From positions 32,923 to 96,922 of IMG/VR virus record IMGVR_UViG_3300013947_000003: 64,000 nucleotides of DNA. One strand, 5' to 3'. The notes below the pieces were generated by a model that saw nothing but the letters and a program-made list of their open reading frames with translations, was not told where the DNA came from and did not search any database. Positions 56,701-64,000 of the stretch are shown piece by piece (the stretch's first letter is position 1; the number at the start of each line of letters is the position of its first letter). The DNA comes from a virus. The translations under genes and the position numbers were made by a program.

Positions 56701-58581
56701 TTACTAAAAGAAAGGGTAAAAGATTTCTATGCTAATTATAAATTAGCAACAGCTTGTCAATTATAGATGTTTACTATAGATGCAGGTTTTTATGGTAATA
56801 CTGAAAATTTACAAAAAAGGTATAAAGAACTGCATGCTCCTGGAACAAAGGTATCAGATGATGCATTAGATTGGAAACTCGATAAACTTGCTATAGAAAA
56901 CGGCGAAGAGCGTGTAGTATACTTTGATGACATAAGTATAAGTGCAGATGAAATGGATCCCGGATTTATGGATATTATTAAAGCTAGATTTGGAACTAGC
57001 GATCCAAGTGTTGTAGATGCCTATACTAAGAATACTTTAACTGATGGCCAGGGTTATAGAACTCTAGAAAGCTATAGAAAAGTTATGATTGCTGCAGGTA
57101 AATGGAACGACTATCTAGAGCAGACTTATGATAAGATACAAGTCATCAGAGACAGAATGAGAGCAACAGGAAAAGAGCAGTTAGAGCCTGAAGAAATAAC
57201 ATAGTTGACGTAGTTGTTCGTAATATTCCAGCCATTAAAACCTTATTTATATACAATTGAAGATATTGGTGTAAGTAACGGTAGAATGCTTAAAGTTCCT
57301 GTACAACATAAATATGCAGAAGTTATTATTATTCCTGAACTTTGTGTCCCCGGCTCTAACCTTCGCGCTTTGGGAGAAGCTATGGAAGAAAATAATATAG
57401 ATGTAGTTTGTTCTACTAAATGTGTTAAAGTGGGATCATTTGGATCTATGGCTTTAGACTTTAAAACAAATGATAAAGGGCAGTTTGTAGATAAATTTGA
57501 TGATATTATTAAAGGTATAGACGAAAATGGAAATATAATAGACTCTCCTAATGTAACAAGAACACAGCAACGTGCTTATATAAAGAAGTATGGAGAAGAG
57601 GGATTACAAAGGATAACTCCTTAGACTATTAAAGATTCTATGCAAGTAATTAGAGATTCACAAGGCGCTTATGTTCATAAATTAAAATATCGTGATTATA
57701 GAATACAAACTAATGTTCCTGCACATATAAATGCCTCTAATCTATTTGGCACTTAGATTAGAAAAATTATAATGACAGGAATTGATAAAAATGGTAACTA
57801 TAGTAGTTATTTAGGAAATTCAGAAAAAGTAAATTTAGGAGACGGTTTAGTAGATCTTAATGGTAATAGGCTTATATAGTTCTACAATCAATTAATTGTT
57901 GCAAATGTTTTAGAAGGCTATCGTGATTTTGAAAAAGCTATAGATTCTATGGATAAAGTAAGTAAGTCTCTAATTTAGAATGTTATAGCTAATAGTAGAG
58001 AAGATGAAGCTAATATAATGGCGTATTGTCTTACAGGTGACGGTTAGTTTTTAGTTCCCTTATATGAGCTAGGAATAGAACATAATACATCACAAGCCCT
58101 AATTTCTTTATTTAAAAAAATGGTTAATAAATAGAGAATATAGGGAGGCGCATTAGTTTAGGCATCTGCTTGGGGAATAACTAAAATTGAAGAGGGATCT
58201 AAAGATTATGGCGATCTAGACTGGCATACTGTTGAAGAAGGTAAAAATGGTAATATAGTCTATGGAGATTGTGAAATACCATTTGATTTTAAATGGACAG
58301 ATCAGTTCGGAAGAGAACATTAGTTAGATTTTAATGACTATTGTAATCCTGATGGTACTTTTAAAATGTCGGGAAGAAAACTTAATATAGGAGGCATTAT
58401 TATAGATGAAACTTTAATAGAAAAAGACTATCCCGGAATACTTGATATAGTATCTTATAGAATACCTACAGAATCTCAATACTCTATGATGCGTCTTAGA
58501 GTGAAAAGATGTACATTACCAACACAAGGAGGTGTTATCAGAGTTCCTGCACAAGGCACTACAACTGCAGGATTTGACTTT
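53791..58581 (+). CDS. Giant virion-type (crAss gp66-like) RNA polymerase, exon 1 (1597 codons), TAG-recoded
   Basis: A single frame is open from ATG 53791 when TAG is sense (first TAG at 53923-53925, dozens follow). Track ORFs 55735, 56569, 56767, 57214 and 58366 all lie in this frame. Ends ..TTTAGFDF. Confidence 0.75.
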
Positions 58582-59467
58582 AAGCTATATTGAAGTCATT
58601 AAATTGTGTTAATTGCTGGGAACCCTTATAAAAGTCATCAATTTATATGGAAATCAGCAGCCAAGCTAGTTGAAATACTAGAAGGTTCAACGACTAAATA
58701 AATCATAGAAATAACATACGTTAATCGTTATGAAAAGTAAATTAAATAAAGATAGTAGAAATTTATTAATAGGATTATTATTAGGAGATGGTACAATATC
58801 TAATAATAATGTGTTTAAAATAGCCCATTCAGAGAAGCAAAAAGATTATTTAGAATGGAAAATAAAGCAGCTTAAAAATCATGGAATACGAAATAATGGC
58901 GTTAAAACTTATATTAAAAAGGGTGGATATAATTCAGGAGTTCCTGTATATTACACACAGCTAAATATAATACCATTTATTAAAGTGTTAAGACGTGTAT
59001 TTTATAAAGGCAAGAAAATTATTGGAAATAGGAAGTTATTAAATAGATTAAATGCTTTAGGTATTGCCGTTTGGTATATGGATGATGGGCATATAAATAT
59101 TAGAAAGTACAATGGAAAACCTTGTGGATTTTATATAAAAATCTCCACATGTGAACCTAAAGAAGAGGTACAAATAATAATAGACTATTTCAAAGAAGTT
59201 TGGGGAATAAATTTCTACATGTTTCATGAAGGTCATAAAGAGAATAGCTATTCTTTATGTTGTGGTGCTAAAGAGGGGATTAAATTTATAGAAATTGTTA
59301 AACCTTATGTACAGCAAGTTCCTTCAATGATATATAAAATAAATTATGATTTATCTCAAAGAAAAAGAAGTATTTGAGAGTACCCTTAAATGGGGAAATG
59401 CACAACATGCTACTAGCATGAAGATATAGTCTACTCTTTACAAAATAAATAATGTAAAGTATATAGG
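58582..59467 (+). mobile_element. Group I intron (886 nt) carrying a LAGLIDADG homing endonuclease
   Basis: U at 58581 precedes the intron and G at 59467 ends it. Joining gives GFDF-DIDKLY, that is the motif DFDID. An in-frame TGA occurs 3 codons into the intron. Confidence 0.7.
58730..59377 (+). CDS. LAGLIDADG homing endonuclease
   Basis: LLIGLLLGDGTIS and AVWYMDDGHI double motifs. Confidence 0.8.
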   Translation: MKSKLNKDSRNLLIGLLLGDGTISNNNVFKIAHSEKQKDYLEWKIKQLKNHGIRNNGVKTYIKKGGYNSGVPVYYTQLNIIPFIKVLRRVFYKGKKIIGNRKLLNRLNALGIAVWYMDDGHINIRKYNGKPCGFYIKISTCEPKEEVQIIIDYFKEVWGINFYMFHEGHKENSYSLCCGAKEGIKFIEIVKPYVQQVPSMIYKINYDLSQRKRSI

Positions 59468-62452
59468 GATATTGACAAATTATATTTAATGCGTAAATAG
59501 TTTTCTTTTGTATAGCGTTATGAAAGTGAAGATGAAGATATAACTGAAGAAGAAAAAAACACAGTATGGGCTAAAATTTATAATGAAAACCCGTCAATTA
59601 AAAATCATTTAGAACAAACAAAAAAATAGTGGGAAGAAAATCCCGCAAATAAAAATAAGTCTCACAAGAAGTCATTAAATTCCTTTTGGGATGAAAGCGA
59701 GTATTTAAAGAATAATTATGATAAGAATGAAATTTTTAGTAATGCATTATTGGACTTAATAAATCAAGGAGTTCTTGCCCCATTAGAAAAAATAGTAAAC
59801 ATAACTCGTAAACAAACTTATAAGTATAACCTTAATAAAAGGGTTATGGATAGTTATGATGAAACTGGTAAGTTAATAAGAGGTAATAATAGAATTGCTA
59901 GGAACAATATGCTTTTAGATCTTATTATAAAGCGTCTTGAAGATCCTGAAACTCTTGATGAAAGATTTCAGCCGGGTGAGTTTAAAAATGCAAAGCAGTC
60001 TGCTAAAATAATGCGTATATTAACACTGTCAGATAAATCATTTGAAGATTATGTACTTAATGGGAAAAAAATGAACTTTTCTGAAATAGAAAATAGTGCT
60101 AACAAAATTGCAGACCCAAAACCTAACTATGATTATACTGACCCCTTGACATTATTAACTTATAATGAGTAGAATTAGGTTGCAGGAAAATTAATTGGTA
60201 TATTTGCAAACCAAAATGTAAACTATGCTATTTCTACAATGTTATACAAATATAATCTTAATAGCCCTATAGCTTTTGGAGATCATATGCAGGGATTGTC
60301 AGATTTAATACATGCTCCTTCTGCTAAAAAAACTTGTGCCGAACTTCTTTCTGCATCTGTAGATGCTGTTAAAGATCCTGTATTGAATTATTTAAATCTC
60401 AATGAGATTACTGCTAATGCTGCAGCAGTATTAGCTAGATTGGGATATTCTACTACAGAAATAGGGTTACTATTAAATTAGCCGGTAATTAAAGATCTGT
60501 GCTAGTTTGCATTAAATAGTGGTAGAAGTACTAGTAGTGCTTTAAACCATTATATGAAGAAATATGCAGGAATAAAGCTTGTTGGTAATGAGTCTAAAAC
60601 ATATTTAACTTCTAATGCATTGGCAAATAACATAGTTATAAATAGTGCTAGAAATTCTGTAAAAGCTGAAGTTAGAAATGCTGCAGATTTAAAAACCCAA
60701 AATTATGATTTTCAAAGAGGATAGGCTGCAGTACTATAGTTATTTTCTGAAATTTTAGGAGTTACTAAAGAAGTTTCAGACTTTGTAACAAATACTAAAT
60801 TTACTGCTGCTAATGCTGTTTCTGTGTCATTTGGTAGCATGATTGCTCAATAGTTAAAAGTTAAAAGATATATAGAGGATTAGGCAAATGCAGTATTAGA
60901 CTAGAAAAACGGCAAATCCTCATTAAAAACATCTATGATAGTCTCTGAAATGCACGGTGATTCAAAAAGATTTATAGGAATGCCAAATATAAATGTTGAT
61001 GATTGGAGTTATTTGAGATCCATCGATTTTAACCCCTTTGCATACGAACAATGTATGTTTGATATGAATAGAAGAGCATTAGAAAAAATGGCAGACTACT
61101 TTCCTTATAGAAGTCCACTATATAAAGAAACAACAGACTACTTTGATGAAATGGCTAGCTATCCTATGGATGAAGATACTGTAAATGATATTATACATGA
61201 TATAATGGTGTATAAAATGGGGTCAATGCCTGGTAATAGATTTAATAAAAACACTCTTATAAAAACCAATGATGGACAAATTATGACATAGGAACAATAC
61301 TATAAATATGTGTTTCCTGATATTATAATGAATTCATCAGAGTGGGAAACATCTTTTGATGAAAAGATAACAAATGCTTTAAAGTTACTAAATAACTATG
61401 GTATTTTATCAGTTGAGTCTCATAGTGAATGGTATACTAAAGATCGTATACCAACACGAAGAACTTGGTATACCTTTGGTTTAAGAGGGTCTGCTAATCT
61501 AGACTTTGATAAAAAACAAATAACAGCTTTATTTGAAGAACTTTATGATGATCCTAAAACAAGATGGTTTATTGAAGACTTATATATGTATGACTTTTTC
61601 TAGGGAGAAAGGGGGTTTGGTCCCAAAAGTTTCACATCTTACTTGCCGCAGTCTATTACTGCTAATATAACTATGTATATTGATGGTAATGGTAACCCTG
61701 TAACATATAGAGATTGGTTAATTAAACATAAAAACGAAGGATTTGGAATAGAAGGTAATGCTAAAAATAATATAATAACTTATTATATTAGAAGGCATAG
61801 TGACAACAGACGATTTGTAAAAGAGCTCTACTCTAATGACACCTATTATAACTATTTTAAAAACAAAATTAAGAATGAACAAGGTGTTATTTCCTAGAGT
61901 ATAGAGGTTTCTACAGACAAAGAATTTGAAAGTGTTGATAATAAAGGACGATCTGAAGTTATAGACAATCCATTATATAATGCATAGAAAAATGCTTTTG
62001 TCCCTGCTTTTACTATAAATATAAATGGAACTGATTATTTGTATATATGTAAAAGTAACATAAGTGATTTTAATAAACCTAATGGGCCATTAATGGAATA
62101 TGAAAGATTTACCCCATTAAAGCCCGGATTTACTGAATATAATATAGGAACAACTTCTGAAGAAACAGAAAAAGAAAAAGCAGTAAACCAAGAAAATTTA
62201 ATTGGAGTATTTGATGAATCAGATATGAAGAAGCCGGTTACATATGCATCACTATATGAATAGGCTAAAAAAGAAACACAAGAAAAATCATATGAAGATG
62301 CAATAGTAGAAAAAATGGACCCGACACTTAGGAATATATATGAAACTTCTAGTGAAGAAGGTAAACGTGAAATTTTAAATGATATTAAAAATAATAAAAA
62401 GTGCTATGCAATGAATGATGATGGCACTATTAGTAAAACTGAACTTTGTTAA
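59468..62452 (+). CDS. Virion-type RNA polymerase, exon 2 (994 codons), TAG-recoded
   Basis: Starts DIDKLYLMRK[TAG]FSFV[TAG]RYESEDED. Track ORFs 59750, 60239, 60935, 61310, 61643 and 62039 are all in this frame. TAA at 62450-62452. Confidence 0.75.
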
Positions 62453-62454
62453 TT

Positions 62455-64000
62455 ATGGGATTTTGTATAATTAAACCTAATAAACACCAATTATGGGATG
62501 AAATTGCAGAAGTAGTTGGAAATGAAAACAGAGGGCTTATAAAATATTGGTATAATGTTGCTCACGATAATAGGTTTTTAGAAGCTTCTGCTAATGATAT
62601 AGTCTTAAATGAGGAGGGGGAACCCACGTTCTCCTCCTTATTAAAGGCTGCTAATACAACAGAATATAATGAAAAAATAAAAGAAACCCTTAATAAAAAA
62701 ATAGGTGCAGGAGAGATGACATATAAAGAGGCTTGTGAAAAGCTGTTTAACTTTAATAAGAACTCTAATTATAATGATAAATATCTAGCAACTATTCAAA
62801 GAACTGAGGGAGGGAAAGTGCGTTTATTCATAACAGAAAAGACAAACAAAACAACTAAAGACCTGTACAAACAATTAAAAAATGGTTCTATAGCAGAAAG
62901 ATTGTAGGCAAAACTAAATGAATGTGGTGTTACCTATGAATTTCTTGAAAATGCTAAATTTGAAGGTAGATATAGTACCATGAATAGTGAAAGGGTTCTT
63001 AATGGATTAAATGCTTTAATATCTATTAGAGATGGTCATATTGTAGATGAAACTTTAGCTGAAGAGGCAGGCCACTTTGTTATAGGCTCTTTAAGAGACT
63101 CTGCACTGGTAAAAAGACTTGAAAATGCATTAAATACCGATGTTATTAAAGACATTTTTGGAGAAGAATTAGAAAATAAAAATTTCGGTGCTTAGCCAAG
63201 AAGAGAGGTTGCAGGTTATTTAGTTGGATAGGCATTGTTAAATAAATTAACCCATAATAATGTTTGGAATAAACTTGCTAATAGAATCGCATACATATCT
63301 AAAAAAATATTTGCAAAGATTACTAGAAATGATACTTTAAAACTTAAGAATGAAGCTATTAATAATGCTAACTAGTTAGCAAAAAGCTTCTTAAATGATG
63401 CAGAATTTGAAGGAACTGTAGAGGAAGCATTAGAAACTAAAGAAACTTTTTATCAGGCAGATAAACATGCAATTGAACGTACATTTGAAGGTGTTAGAAA
63501 TACCTTAATGAAGCTTAGAGATGTTCTATCTATATATGATAAAGAAGCGGCATCTGCCGTTAATGGTATAATTAATGCCGCAGCTAAAGATTATTCAAAT
63601 ATTGATATGATTATGCGTCAACAGGCAACTAATGGACTATTTATGTTTATAGATGGTTTAATGGGGCAAATAGCCCCTATTAGGAAACAAATGGCTGTTG
63701 TTAGATAGCATATGGAAAGTAATTCCGATTACTGGAATAATTTTGTTTAGGATGGTAAAACATTAAGACAATATAGAGATACTGTAAAAGCTGTTGTTGA
63801 GTGCATTGACATTATAAATAAATATGTATAGACTTTATCTCCTGAATCTAAAGATTATAATTAGAGAACTGTATTTATGGATGAGGGGGGAGGAGTTTTA
63901 AAGGAAACTACCCAATACTTAAAGAACATTGCCTTCGAACTTCAAAATCTTATTAAAGGAGAAAACACTAATTTAGAAAATGAAGTGTTTGACTTAACTA
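62455..64000 (+). CDS. Second large TAG-recoded late protein, 3' end beyond the window
   Basis: ATG at 62455. Track ORFs 62446, 62980 and 63508 share its frame and are joined by TAGs. Confidence 0.6.

Overview
This AT-rich window looks like a segment of a crAss-like (Crassvirales-type) phage of a Bacteroidota host. It has three blocks. (1) nt 1-18353, minus strand: late, structural and lysis genes (large terminase, portal, three tail-fibre-like genes, T7-lysozyme-type amidase). These are only continuous ORFs if TAG is read as a sense codon, apparently Gln. An amber-suppressor tRNA(CUA) and a tRNA-Arg(UCU) lie in this block. (2) nt ~19.0-53.7 kb, plus strand: standard-code early genes, with TAG used as a stop. 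The block opens with a ~6.1 kb island that is visibly richer in G+C, carries about 14 small unknown genes and is bracketed by a 13-nt direct repeat. A tRNA and tRNA-like cluster follows. The replication and nucleotide-metabolism module comes next: SF2 helicase, DnaB-like helicase, primase, family-A DNA polymerase, NrdD/NrdG, dUTPase, ThyX and thioredoxin. (3) nt 53791-64000, plus strand: TAG-recoded giant genes, including a ~2591-aa virion-type RNA polymerase. Two group I introns carry homing endonucleases. One (HNH) splits nrdD and the other (LAGLIDADG) splits the RNAP catalytic DFDID motif. The least expected item is a four-gene operon at 34376-37770 (E2-like, JAB/MPN+ protease, ThiF/E1-like, unknown) next to a possible beta-grasp protein, which resembles a ubiquitin-like conjugation cassette. 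All calls come from reading the sequence and motifs by eye; no searches or computations were run.
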